DNA of 63,870 nucleotides, filler included, from Octopus bimaculoides (GCF_001194135.2; 8 parts of 8 records of this genome joined end to end with filler, not necessarily neighbours in it), one strand, 5' to 3'; positions 12,882 through 25,597 are shown, counted from the whole stretch's first letter. Notes: generated by a model not told the origin, from the sequence alone. Program-made: numbers and translations.

Positions 12882-13153
12882 CCGATGGACTGGCCCCTAT
12901 GCAGGTGGCACGTAAAATACACCATTTTGAGCGTGGCCGTCGCCAGTACCGCCTGACTGGCCCTCGTGCCGGTGGCACGTAAAAGCACCCACTACACTCT
13001 CGGAGTGGTTGGCGTTAGGAAGGGCATCCAGCTGTAGAAACTCTGCCAAATCAGATTGGAGCCCGGTGTTGCCTCCTGGTTTCACCAATCCTCAGTCAAA
13101 TTGTCCAACCCATGCTAGCATGGAAAGCGGACGTTAAACGACGACGACGATGA
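12882..13153 (+). mobile_element. Family D: RTE-LINE 3'UTR / RTE-dependent SINE 3' end (ggaagggcatccagc core, (GAT)n tail)
   Basis: ggagtggttggcgttaggaagggcatccagctgtagaaac...catgctagcatggaaagcggacgttaaacgacgacgacgatgatgat; at least 8 copies in the window. Confidence 0.8.
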
Positions 13154-13975
13154 TGATATATATATATATNNNNNNNNNNNNNNNNNNNNNNNNNNNNNNN
13201 NNNNNNNNNNNNNNNNNNNNNNNNNNNNNNNNNNNNNNNNNNNNNNNNNNNNNNNNNNNNNNNNNNNNNNNNNNNNNNNNNNNNNNNNNNNNNNNNNNNN
13301 NNNNNNNNNNNNNNNNNNNNNNNNNNNNNNNNNNNNNNNNNNNNNNNNNNNNNNNNNNNNNNNNNNNNNNNNNNNNNNNNNNNNNNNNNNNNNNNNNNNN
13401 NNNNNNNNNNNNNNNNNNNNNNNNNNNNNNNNNNNNNNNNNNNNNNNNNNNNNNNNNNNNNNNNNNNNNNNNNNNNNNNNNNNNNNNNNNNNNNNNNNNN
13501 NNNNNNNNNNNNNNNNNNNNNNNNNNNNNNNNNNNNNNNNNNNNNNNNNNNNNNNNNNNNNNNNNNNNNNNNNNNNNNNNNNNNNNNNNNNNNNNNNNNN
13601 NNNNNNNNNNNNNNNNNNNNNNNNNNNNNNNNNNNNNNNNNNNNNNNNNNNNNNNNNNNNNNNNNNNNNNNNNNNNNNNNNNNNNNNNNNNNNNNNNNNN
13701 NNNNNNNNNNNNNNNNNNNNNNNNNNNNNNNNNNNNNNNNNNNNNNNNNNNNNNNNAATAGAGTTGATAAGAAAGCAGCTAAGCAGATAATAAAAGAGAT
13801 AATAAAATTGGAATCAAAGAAGCAGAAGACATTGGAAAGAAACAAGAAACTCACAGAAAAAAAAAAAACAATGGCCTTCAATTGTTTCGACATTTCTTCT
13901 TCAGAGAAACACAATGGGTTAGAGGGTATTCCTGCAGAGTTTCCCAGATTAAGAACGATGGGATTTTGGAACGGT

Positions 13976-14007
<32 letters not shown>

Positions 14008-14164
14008 AAGATTTGTGAAGATGGATTAGGAGCAGAGGAAATCTAAGAAGATGGAGAAGACAAAACGACCGGGAGAAGAAAGCAGTTATGGCTGCCTTTT
14101 ATCTTAATCCCTCATCTGCTTAACGGAAGGCTTTCAGCTGGTTAAAATGAAAGGGGGAAAAGAA

Positions 14165-14414
14165 ATCATCATCGTCATCATCATCTTCTTCTACATCGTC
14201 GTTGTCATCATCGTCATCACCACCACCACCATCATCGTCGTCATCATCATCATCATCATCATTAGCATTACCATTATCATCATCATTATCATCATCATCG
14301 TCATCACCACCACCGTCATCGTCGTCGTCGTCATCATCAACATCATCTCCATCATCATCAACATCATCGTCAACATCATCATCACTCACCGTCACCATCA
14401 TCGTCATCATTATT
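14165..14414. repeat. Compound (CAT)/(CGT)/(CAC) trinucleotide microsatellite
   Basis: Direct inspection; source of the poly-D, poly-I, poly-S and poly-M ORFs. Confidence 0.95.
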
Positions 14415-14416
14415 AT

Positions 14417-14624
14417 TAAGGCATTGGATCTGGCAGAATCGTTAGCACACCAGGCAAAATGCTTAGCGGCATTTAGTTCGTTATTATGTTCCGAGTTCAA
14501 ATTCTGCCACGGTTGACATTGCTTTTCATCTTTTCAGGGGTCAATAAAAGAAACACTAGTTGAGTACGGGGGGTCGATATAATCAACAAGCCCCTGCCCC
14601 AAAATTGCTGCCCTTGTGGCAAAA
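14417..14624 (+). mobile_element. tRNA-derived SINE family C
   Basis: aaggc...ggcagaatcgttagc...gagttcaaattctgcc...ctttcatc...ggggtcgat; copies at 32.4, 39.6-40.6, 46.7, 56.4, 58.8 and 63.7 kb. Confidence 0.8.
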
Positions 14625-14934
14625 TAAGGGTGGGTGGTTTTATGTTAGGTGTTGAGGGCTTAAAGTATGATAGAAGGGACAGGAACAGGTTTCTTGCTGG
14701 AGAGGAGATACATGGCCACCTCACATTATATAAGGGTGGGCGGTTTTATGTTAGGTGTCGAGAGGTTAAAGTGTGATAGAAGGGACAGGAACAGGCTTCT
14801 TGCTGGAGAGGAGATACATGGCCACCTCACATTATATAAGGGTGGGTGGTTTTATGTTAGGTGTCGAGAGGTTAAAGTATGATAGAAGGGACAGGAACAG
14901 GTTTCTTGCTGGAGAGGAGATACATGGCCACCTC
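14625..14934 (+). repeat. 106-bp tandem repeat, about 2.9 copies
   Basis: Units start at 14625, 14731 and 14837 (taagggtgggtggttttatgttagg...catggccacctcacattata) with few differences. Confidence 0.95.
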
Positions 14935-15163
14935 TACCTCAGTTGGAAAAGGAGATAAGATGGTGGTGTATGAATATACCCAGTATGCTTCAACACAGTT
15001 ATCATCCTACAAAATTCCCTCACAAGAAATTGGTTGGCCTGGCAATATACCAGAAGACATTAACTCCAAGTACTATGCAGCAAGATTTCTTATCTGCAAG
15101 CTAACTTCTTATCTACACAAACAGACAAGCACCTTGCAAAACACACACACAAATATGTATCTA

Positions 15164-15213
<50 letters not shown>

Positions 15214-15257
15214 TATATATGTGTGTGTAAAGGTATGTATGTATATATAAATAAATA

Positions 15258-15291
<34 letters not shown>

Positions 15292-15844
15292 CAAATATNN
15301 NNNNNNNNNNNNNNNNNNNNNNNNNNNNNNNNNNNNNNNNNNNNNNNNNNNNNNNNNNNNNNNNNNNNNNNNNNNNNNNNNNNNNNNNNNNNNNNNNNNN
15401 NNNNNNNNNNNNNNNNNNNNNNNNNNNNNNNNNNNNNNNNNNNNNNNNNNNNNNNNNNNNNNNNNNNNNNNNNNNNNNNNNNNNNNNNNNNNNNNNNNNN
15501 NNNNNNNNNNNNNNNNNNNNNNNNNNNNNNNNNNNNNNNNNNNNNNNNNNNNNNNNNNNNNNNNNNNNNNNNNNNNNNNNNNNNNNNNNNNNNNNNNNNN
15601 NNNNNNNNNNNNNNNNNNNNNNNNNNNNNNNNNNNNNNNNNNNNNNNNNNNNNNNNNNNNNNNNNNNNNNNNNNNNNNNNNNNNNNNNNNNNNNNNNNNN
15701 NNNNNNNNNNNNNNNNNNNNNNNNNNNNNNNNNNNNNNNNNNNNNNNNNNNNNNNNNNNNNNNNNNNNNNNNNNNNNNNNNNNNNNNNNNNNNNNNNNNN
15801 NNNNNNNNNNNNNNNNNNNNNNNNNNNNNNNNNNNNNNNNNNNN

Positions 15845-16055
15845 AAACATACCAGCATTGGTTGTCAAGCGATGTTGGGGGGACAAACACAGACACACAA
15901 ACATGCACAAACTTTCTATATATATATAGTTCTGAAAAAGGGGCTGATAGAATAAGTACTAGGCTTACAAAGAACAAGTCCTGGGGTCGATTTCTTCGAC
16001 TAAAGGCGGTGCTCCAGCATGGCTGCAGTCAAATGACTGAAACAAGTAAAAGAGT
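15845..16055 (+). mobile_element. SINE family B, 3' half
   Basis: Same sequence as 12285-12495. Confidence 0.8.
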
Positions 16056-16417
16056 AACAGAATAGATAAATACATGAATAATATCCATACAGAGAAATAC
16101 TTAGAGACAGACAGACAGACAGGCACACAGACAGACAGACAGGCACACAGATAGACAGACAGCACATGCAGACAGACAGACAGAACACACAGACAGACAA
16201 ACAGACAGGCACACAGACAGACAGACAGGCACACAGACAGTCAGATAGATAGACAGGCAGGCAGGCAGATAGACATAACACACAAATAGACAGACAGACA
16301 GAACACACAGACAGATATAGACAGATAGATAGATAGATAGATAGATAAGTAAATAGCTAGCTAGATAGATAAACAGACAGGCAGATAAGATAGGTAGATA
16401 GATAGATGAGATAGATA

Positions 16418-16724
16418 ACTTTCTTTTATTAGCCACACAGGGCTGCACACAGAGGGGACAAATACAACTGAGATAGATAGGTTTCTTTATTAGCCACACA
16501 GGGCTCAACACAGAGGGGACAAAATACAAATGTAGAGTTTTTCTTTTCGAGGGGGTCGAAAACAAAGCAGAAAAAAAAACAAAAGTGGGGACAACGATGA
16601 AAAAAAAAAAACATCGCAAAACGTTTGGGGTATTTACAAAAAATACGAAATAATACAAAAAATTCCCAATAAATGGGGAGGTTATCCGTGGAAAGAAAAA
16701 CCTACGAAAAGACCACGGTAACCT
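16418..16724 (-). mobile_element. 3' end(s) of a non-LTR element embedded in (GATA)n; two tandem 3' termini (L1/Tx1-like, uncertain clade)
   Basis: Reverse complement matches 62416-62682 (aggttaccgtggtctttt...gagccctgtgtggctaataaagaaa). A ~50-bp copy (16418-16469) sits next to the longer copy, separated by gagatagatag. Confidence 0.7.
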
Positions 16725-16824
16725 NNNNNNNNNNNNNNNNNNNNNNNNNNNNNNNNNNNNNNNNNNNNTTAATTAATTAANNNNNNNNNNNNNNNNNNNN
16801 NNNNNNNNNNNNNNNNNNNNNNNN
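16725..16824. other. Scaffolding join: 44 N + TTAATTAATTAA + 44 N (also 26730-26829, 30510-30609, 32592-32691, 41136-41235, 58473-58572, 61646-61745)
   Basis: Identical 100-nt structure at seven sites; the linker is palindromic with a stop in all six frames, so it is artificial. Confidence 0.97.
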
Positions 16825-18365
16825 ATATAAAAGTAGCCTTTTTCAAAACTTGATAACTTTTCAATCTTTTATATGTTAGGGGAAAAATATGGAGTCGATG
16901 CAGGAATCGGAATTCAGAGATCCAAAAATATTTCTATTGAGCCCCAACGACATTATAGAATGCTTTATAACAAAATTATCAGTACAATAGTTGACCAAAT
17001 AAAAGCACGATATTCATCCTTAGAAGAGTTTAAATTTATGGAACTTTTGAATTCCAACAAAGTTGATGAGTATTGCAAACAATTTCCTGTGGACTCTTTA
17101 GATTCTTTAAAAATGACTTATGGCAGATTTTTTTTATGTAATATGATTACAAAGTGAGTTCAATGTGATGTATTCAATGAAAGATTTTAAAATGCGAAGT
17201 ATAAGTCATTTAATGAGTTACATTTACAGCAGTGACCTTGTTGAAGCTATGCCAGAACCCTTCAATCTGTGCAAGTTGATTTTGACAATTCCGTCTACCA
17301 CTGCTTCTGTAGAGAGATCCTTTTCTGCATTAAGTAGTATCAAAACATACCAAAGAAATGCGACAGGAGAAAGAAGACTGTCTGGTTAGCACTAATGTCA
17401 ATTGAAAAAGATTTATTACAACAATTGATGAAAAGAGAAGATTTCTATGAAAATATGATAGATATATTTGCCCAGAAAGATCGAGGAATAACATTTTAAC
17501 GTAAGGTTCGACCTTCTTACATCAGTATTGTTTCGCAGGAGAAATGGTTCGACTTCTTCGTCACACCTAACCTATATAGGTTTTCCTTTCTGTGCTGCTG
17601 GGTGTAGTCTATTTACGGCCGTAAATGTCTTGTTTCAATCTCAGAGATGTTGACTTTTGCCACAACAGTTTTGGCGGGGCTTTTTACAATGTTGAATTTT
17701 CGCTGTCTTTCATTGTGTGTGTATTCATGTATATGCGTGTATTTTCAATGTGTGTGCGTGAGACGTAGTCTTTTAATATACGGAGTTCAGTAAGTCTCAG
17801 AACAGTCTGCTTGAGTATCAATAATTTTCCCGGAATTGACAAGTAGCATGATAAAGCACCTGACTTGTCTTCAAGAGAGTAACTATCTAAAACCATGGCT
17901 ATATAATGCAATAAAATGTGTTCTCTTTATTAAATCATTTCAAATTGATTCAGCTGAACCAATAGGTATAGGGGCTAATGCAGGATCGAAATTTTGTTAA
18001 AAAGTTTTTTCGGATTCCTACCTTTAACAGAGATTCCGAATATGCAAAAATATTAACAGAATCCAATTTCATCTTTATTCCATTTCACTTATGATTTTTA
18101 GACATTTTTAAGGGAGAGCGAGGATGGGGAAGTACTGACGTTTCGAAGAGAGAGAAAAATACAAACAATACACTTATTTCAGGCTCATCTCTACAGAGCC
18201 ATTTTTTATTCCCTGCTTATTCTAGATCGTACTGGGGTGATTGCATATTCAGAATCTCCCATATGTAGATCGTAGGAATACGAAAATTCTTTTACTGAAA
18301 AATTGCCAGGTGGGGGGAGAAAAATTCATTGAATGACCAACCACGGAAGTCACCGCACGCCACTG
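16825..18365 (+). mobile_element. hAT DNA transposon fossil: C-terminal transposase (hAT dimerization domain) plus right end
   Basis: CKLILTIPSTTASVERSFSALSSIK...RLSG*ALMSIEK, frameshifted and with stops, 16873-17500. Terminus ggaagtcaccgcacgccactg (rc CAGTGGCGTG) ends at 18365. Confidence 0.85.
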
Positions 18366-18515
18366 GTATATACATAAGCAGATATATATTCGTTGTAAAA
18401 AGACGGCTCAAAAACCTATTTGACGAAATGAAATGAATATTTTGTCGTAATATCATACATTATCAGATAAGTACTGGCACCGGTACACACTCACACACAC
18501 ACACACACACTTTGA

Positions 18516-18609
18516 AACTGTTACTCAGAGTCTCAAGTTCCCGTTCGTCGGATAGTTTTGGTTGAGAAACTATCAGATGAACGGGAACGTGAAACTCTGA
18601 GTAACAGTT
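18516..18609. repeat. Palindrome, 43-bp imperfect stem with short loop
   Basis: aactgttactcagagtctcaagttcccgttcgtcggatagttt pairs with aaactatcagatgaacgggaacgtgaaactctgagtaacagtt, 4 mismatches. Confidence 0.9.
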
Positions 18610-19466
18610 CTTGTGATGTCTTTGCTGCTTTATCAATAAAGCATATTACTCTACCTTCGGTATTCGAGTACTATTTTTTTTCTGTCTTCTTTCACATTTA
18701 TGTGCTTATTCTGGATTACGGCACGAGTAAAAATATAAGGAAAATAATCTGAAAACGCAGGAGTCTTTTAAAAGTATTTATTAACTTAACCGGTTTCAAC
18801 TACTTAAAAATATTTTCAATTGTAAAATATGAGGCTTTGTGTATCCTCTATGGTATCAAAAATTAATTTGCATAAATGTATTTCAAATCAAGACTCTATC
18901 ACTTGATCTGAATTCATTTATGTAAATTACATACATACATGCATATATATATATATATANNNNNNNNNNNNNNNNNNNNNNNNNNNNNNNNNNNNNNNNN
19001 NNNNNNNNNNNNNNNNNNNNNNNNNNNNNNNNNNNNNNNNNNNNNNNNNNNNNNNNNNNNNNNNNNNNNNNNNNNNNNNNNNNNNNNNNNNNNNNNNNNN
19101 NNNNNNNNNNNNNNNNNNNNNNNNNNNNNNNNNNNNNNNNNNNNNNNNNNNNNNNNNNNNNNNNNNNNNNNNNNNNNNNNNNNNNNNNNNNNNNNNNNNN
19201 NNNNNNNNNNNNNNNNNNNNNNNNNNNNNNNNNNNNNNNNNNNNNNNNNNNNNNNNNNNNNNNNNNNNNNNNNNNNNNNNNNNNNNNNNNNNNNNNNNNN
19301 NNNNNNNNNNNNNNNNNNNNNNNNNNNNNNNNNNNNNNNNNNNNNNNNNNNNNNNNNNNNNNNNNNTAATAGAGGACATTTGCCAAAGGTGCCACGCTGT
19401 GGGACTGAACCTGGAACTATGTGGTTGAGAAGCAAGTTACTTACCACACACCCATTCCTGCGCCTA

Positions 19467-20475
19467 CAGGTCGAGTAAAAAGTAACCAACGTTTTGAACC
19501 ATGAAGAATTTGTACCGGATTTTTGCAGAGTTTTGAATATTTTTTTAACATTTTTTTTTTTTTTTGCAATGAAACTGTCAAAGCTCGATATTCAAGCAAT
19601 TTTGCTATTCAACTTTAAAAAAGAACGTAAAGCAGCTGAAATTGCTCGCGATATCAACGAAATGTTTGATGAAGAAATGACCAGTGGGTGGTCTGCTCGA
19701 AAATGGTTAAAACGATTTCGCAGTGGAGACCTGAAGCTCGGGAGAGTAGTGGACGCCCATCTATCATCAATTACGGTCAATTAAAGACTGTCATTGAGAA
19801 AGATCCACGTAAAACCACTCGAGAATTGGCAAAAGAACTTCGAGTTAGCCAGAAAACTGCCTGCAACCATTTGCATGCGATCGGAAAATCAAAAAAGCTC
19901 CACAAATGTGTGCCACACGATTTGAATGAAAATCAGAAAATGCGCAGAGATGAAATTTGCTCATCGCTTCTTCTCCGTAACCAGACCGATCCATTTCTCG
20001 ACCGTATTGTAACTTGCGATGAAAAGTAAATTCTGTACAATAATAAAAAAAACTTTCTTCGCAATGGTTGAACCAAAATGAAGCACCGAAAACCTTCCCT
20101 AAACCGGAGCTCTTCAAAAAGAAGGTTATGGTGACTGTTTGGTGGTGTACTGCTGGACTCATCCCCTATGACTTCATAAAACCCAGAAAAAGCATTACTG
20201 CAGGAAAATATTACCATGGTGTTTGTCCCCACCCACCCACCAACAACATCGCTTGATAACCGATGCTGGTGTGTTTACGTCCCCGTAACTTAGCGGTTCG
20301 GCAAAAGAGACCGATAGAATAAGTACAAGGCTTACAACGAATAAGTCCTGGTGTCGATTTGATTCGACTAAAGGCGGTGCTCCAGCATGGCCGCTGTCAA
20401 ATGACTGAAACAAGTAAAAGAAAAAGAAAAGAAAGACAAAAATTTCAAAACGTTGCTTACTTATTACTCAGCCTG
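19467..20475 (+). mobile_element. Mariner (Tc1/mariner) element, internally deleted, with disrupted transposase
   Basis: TA-flanked TIRs caggtcgagtaaaaagtaaccaacgttttgaa and ttcaaaacgttgcttacttattactcagcctg. Motifs KCVPHDL (WVPHEL), IVTCDEK* (first catalytic D) and KKVMVTVWW; C-terminal catalytic half absent. Confidence 0.92.
20219..20435 (+). mobile_element. SINE family B 3' half inside the mariner
   Basis: tgtttgtcccc...aacatcgcttgataaccgatgctgg...gactgaaacaagtaaaag. Confidence 0.85.
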
Positions 20476-20899
20476 ATATAAATGTAACAGCTAGTTTCAC
20501 TGCCAGCCCCACTTTTTTTTTTCTCTCCTAGTCCCATTCCTTTCTTCTGATTCATCTCCCTTTTGCTAAACATACCAAATCGTAGACTCACAATGCCAAG
20601 CAGCTACACCAAACCACCAAGCAGGTACACCAACCGACAAACCAATCAACCATTCCAACCAACTAGCCAACCCTCCAACCAACACCTGCCACCCAACCAC
20701 GAAGCCATCCAATTCCAAGTATTGTGTGCCACCTAATCTAACGATCAGTTTCTTCCAATGTTATTTGATGTCAAATCACTACAATGTACTGCTTGCCATG
20801 CCATCACTGTCTTACGGAGCCAGATCCAAGTAGGTAATTACCCATTTGGCTAAAGAATTACTCCAAAGTACTATCAAATAACTTACAAATCGATTTCTT

Positions 20900-21240
20900 T
20901 GCCTTCCCTTTATGCATTCTTTCTTTCTTTTTTTCTTTCTTTCTTTCCTTCTTTCCTTTCCTTCCTTCTTTCTTTCTTTGTTCCTTTCTTCTCTCATTCA
21001 TTCCATACGTATTTTCGCTCCTTTCTCTCCTTTACTTTTGCAATCTTTCTTCGTTTTACTTTCTTTCGTTGGTCTCTCTTTCCTTTCGTTCTTTCCTTTT
21101 CTTTTCTTTCTTCCTTTGTTTATTTTGGTTCTTTGTCTTTCTTTTCTTTCTCTTTTCTTTCTTCCTTTCTTTCTTTCTTTCATTACTTTCGTTCGCTCTT
21201 TCTGTCTTTATTTATTTACTCTTTCTCTCCTTTCTTTTCT
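20900..21240. repeat. Degenerate (CTTT)n polypyrimidine tract
   Basis: Direct inspection. Confidence 0.9.
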
Positions 21241-22952
21241 ATAACCTCGACTTCCGCTACTTTTAATCAAGAATGGCAAGCCTCTTCCGACAACTCGCAC
21301 CACCTGTCAACTCAAAACTACTCCAATATTTGAAGAGATGGCAAATTATATTGTAAGGAGTTGCAGAGCTGCATAAAGAAAATTTCATTTCATTCCGACC
21401 CGGAAATTTCGTACGAGATAATGATGTGATCGTTAGTTTTGCAGCTATTGTGTTCTGTAACAAAGGGAACTCAAACAGTATCATGCATACCCACAACTGC
21501 CAACCCGAAACTACCCGTGAGCTGTTTGTACCGAGCATAATTGTATAAACGTTAAAAGTCAACATTTCCCTTCGCCAAGAATAAGAATAAGAATTATAAA
21601 TAATGCTTGATTAGTTTAGGTTTTCCAGGAAGTTTTAGCTTCCTCTCTTTCGTTCAACAATAAACCACGCTTTAAGTTCAATCACAGATAAAAGCTACTG
21701 GAATTTCATTTCGTTTATGCATTTTCAACAAGAATATTTGCTTGTTTGCTTGTTTGTTTTATTTATTTTCACGTTTATTAGAACGGTTTCTATTTGATTA
21801 ATATGCGTGTTTGAGATGTTGGTGATGAAAAAAAAACAAAAAGTCAGTTTATTGTGAAGAAAACAATTCCAGACAATCTCTTCAACAACCAGGAAATACT
21901 TAAACCTTAACAAGTTTAAACAATTATGAACCAACATCGAGGAATCTTATCTATGCATTTACTTGGTTCGCTAGAAATACCAGCTATATTATCAACTGAG
22001 TCTCATCCAGCCGTCTTTAAAAATGACATTATGTTATTATTGACACAATTTGATGGAAAATAAAAGACTGAAAGGTCATGAGGAATAACGGAAAACAACT
22101 ACAACAAAAGATTATAGATACTGTTTGATTAGCTTAAATTTTCTAGAAAGTGTTTATCTTCCTCTGTTTAGTTCAGCAATAGCTTATGATCTCAATTCAG
22201 TCACACATGTACGCTGTGTGTACGTAAGTTCAATTCTGAATTGGACGTCACTACATAAGAGTCACGATTTTATCAAAAGTTCTTTCTGCGGCGTGCGCCG
22301 CACACTAAAACCTATCTAGATTCAAAAAGAGTCCTAGTAAATCACAGACGGCTGAAGGCAAGCAAGCTGAAAATTCGGAGTCATTGTCAACTACCCGTTT
22401 GTACTTTTGTAAAAGTTCACATGTGTGTGTGTGTGTTCTTTTATTCTTTTATTTGTTTCAGTTATTTGACTGCGGTCATAATAGTGCCTTTGTTTTGTAA
22501 ATATAACAGGCACCCAGCCTGTTATATAATTCAGGTAAAACATGTAAAATTTAATTCCGCTCACCATGTCCAAAAAGTTCACAACACATGGATCAAAATA
22601 CAATTACAGCACCCAACAGATATCACTCAGTAAAATCAATTTCACGAAAACCACGTACAACACCTATGGCCATTTTGGGGGTACACCACTGTATTCTAAA
22701 CTCAGGTCTTTTGGACCAAAATCCTTAAATAAGTTCACCGAGGTAATCCCCTTCTGCAACCATAAGTTTTCCTCCACCTTCTTGAAACAGTATAGAAATA
22801 ATAAATTTAAAAGCAATAAATAATAACAAGTGTAATAGTTTGCGTTAGGGTGATTTGAAACCTCGAAGATTGGTTTTGATACTGCATGATAAGTCAGTCG
22901 TAAAAAAAAGTTTTGCTCTTACACGATAGTACAAGACTACATAGTGTCCAGT

Positions 22953-23297
22953 GGAGGCGCAATGGCCCAGTGGTTAAAGCAGCGGACTCGCTGTCATAGG
23001 ATCGCGGTTTCGATTCCTAGACCGGGCATTGTGAGTGTTTATTGAGCGAAAACACCTAAAGCTCCACGAGGCTCCTGTAGGGGATGGTGGCGAACCCGGC
23101 TGTACTCTTTCACCACAACTTTCTCTCACTCTTACTTTCTGTTTCTGTTGTACCTGTAATTCAAAGGGTCAGCCTTGTCACACTGTGTCACGCTGAATTT
23201 CCCCGAGAACTGCGTTAAGGGTACACGTGTCTGTGGAGTGCTCAGCACTTGCACGTTAATTTCACGAGCAGGCTGTTCCGTTGATCGGATCAACTGG
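22953..23297 (+). mobile_element. SINE family A (runs into gap)
   Basis: Near-identical to 10535-10880. Confidence 0.88.
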
Positions 23298-24179
23298 NNN
23301 NNNNNNNNNNNNNNNNNNNNNNNNNNNNNNNNNNNNNNNNNNNNNNNNNNNNNNNNNNNNNNNNNNNNNNNNNNNNNNNNNNNNNNNNNNNNNNNNNNNN
23401 NNNNNNNNNNNNNNNNNNNNNNNNNNNNNNNNNNNNNNNNNNNNNNNNNNNNNNNNNNNNNNNNNNNNNNNNNNNNNNNNNNNNNNNNNNNNNNNNNNNN
23501 NNNNNNNNNNNNNNNNNNNNNNNNNNNNNNNNNNNNNNNNNNNNNNNNNNNNNNNNNNNNNNNNNNNNNNNNNNNNNNNNNNNNNNNNNNNNNNNNNNNN
23601 NNNNNNNNNNNNNNNNNNNNNNNNNNNNNNNNNNNNNNNNNNNNNNNNNNNNNNNNNNNNNNNNNNNNNNNNNNNNNNNNNNNNNNNNNNNNNNNNNNNN
23701 NNNNNNNNNNNNNNNNNNNNNNNNNNNNNNNNNNNNNNNNNNNNNNNNNNNNNNNNNNNNNNNNNNNNNNNNNNNNNNNNNNNNNNNNNNNNNNNNNNNN
23801 NNNNNNNNNNNNNNNNNNNNNNNNNNNNNNNNNNNNNNNNNNNNNNNNNNNNNNNNNNNNNNNNNNNNNNNNNNNNNNNNNNNNNNNNNNNNNNNNNNNN
23901 NNNNNNNNNNNNNNNNNNNNNNNNNNNNNNNNNNNNNNNNNNNNNNNNNNNNNNNNNNNNNNNNNNNNNNNNNNNNNNNNNNNNNNNNNNNNNNNNNNNN
24001 NNNNNNNNNNNNNNNNNNNNNNNNNNNNNNNNNNNNNNNNNNNNNNNNNNNNNNNNNNNNNNNNNNNNNNNNNNNNNNNNNNNNNNNNNNNNNNNNNNNN
24101 NNNNNNNNNNNNNNNNNNNNNNNNNNNNNNNNNNNNNNNNNNNNNNNNNNNNNNNNNNNNNNNNNNNNNNNNNNNNNNN

Positions 24180-24224
<45 letters not shown>

Positions 24225-24742
24225 TAACGCTCGTACGTACTCATTAACGCCGTACCTTCTAGCTGAAAGCTAATTTATCATTCTCTGAAGAACAAGATTT
24301 GAATAAATAAAATTGTGTTTTCAAGGGAAATAACTTAGAACAAATTTATTACGAGTTATGACACTTGATTTTATGCGATAACTTCAACACTTCGTTTGTC
24401 ATGTATCGTACGCCTGCAGTGCATGAATGACACTACTACGAAAATCTTTCTGATGGAGCGCAAGATCTCGATCTGCTTTGCCACTCTTGTCGGCCTCTTC
24501 ATGATATTGCGGTCTTTGCCTGCCTCTTGATTTACAACCCTCTGCTCTTCCTTCCGTGATAATGTTTTTTTCCAGACAACTACTTTTTCGAATAAGGCTA
24601 TAACAGATGAGCCACAACGTTTGGGTGTTGTCATACGAAACAAAAATTTCATTTTTCAATATTCCTGGGTGAGTATTTGAAAACAAATGAGAGTGACTGT
24701 CAAATCAATTCGTCATGGCAAGAAAGATGCTGCCTGTAATTA

Positions 24743-25180
24743 TTGTTGCTTACGACGTCAAGGGTTCCAGTTGATCCGATCAACGGAACAGCCTGCTCGT
24801 GAAATTAACGTGCAAGTGGCTGAGCACTCCACAGACACGTGTACCCTTAACGTAGTTCTCGAGGATATTCAGCGTGACACAGTGTGACAAGGCTGGTCCC
24901 TTTGAAATACAGGTACAACAGAAACAGAAAGTAAGAGTGAGAGAAAGTTGTGGTNNNNNNNNNNNNNNNNNNNNNNNNNNNNNNNNNNNNNNNNNNNNNN
25001 NNNNNNNNNNNNNNNNNNNNNNNNNNNNNNNNNNNNNNNNNNNNNNNNNNNNNNNNNNNNNNNNNNNNNNNNNNNNNNNNNNNNNNNNNNNNNNNNNNNN
25101 NNNNNNNNNNNNNNNNNNNNNNNNNNNNNNNNNNNNNNNNNNNNNNNNNNNNNNNNNNNNNNNNGGGCCATTGCACCTCC
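24743..25180 (-). mobile_element. SINE family A, middle hidden by N gap
   Basis: Head rc gggccattgcacctcc at 25165-25180; body rc at 24760-24954. Confidence 0.85.
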
Positions 25181-25597
25181 ACAACGTAATGTAGATTATA
25201 GAATTTCCCTCTAAAGTTGTGATGTTTACACACTCAAGAACTCGGTCAAATGAAGTACGTAAAATTAAGTTGCACTTTGGTAGCTCCCGAATCACTGTAT
25301 ATAGAGATGTGGTGTGAAGAAGAAAAAAACAAGTAAGGGAACTAAGTTTGATAATTTTATTCATAAGAGAGTGCAGGTAATACGTACAGTAGCTGTTACG
25401 AAAGTGATTACGCTCCCGGGGAAGATGTTTTTATTAAACTGATTTTAGTTATAGGTGAAAGCCTCATCATTGGGGACAACATCAATGCCCGATTGATCCT
25501 TGCATAGATCTAATCAAAATATGTTGCGATTTTGAGTACGATTGGTCATATAGAGTCAGAAGAATATCGTAAAAGATTGGACATCCTGAACTGTTCC

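Noticed and set aside
14625-14934. CRISPR-like or coding repeat (MIEGTGTGFLLERRY ORFs)
   Set aside because: No unique spacers, 106-bp contiguous units, eukaryotic context; the ORFs start at non-ATG codons and shift frame in each unit.
16769-16780. Recurring conserved 12-mer TTAATTAATTAA as a regulatory or homeodomain site
   Set aside because: Always centred between 44-N runs; artificial linker.
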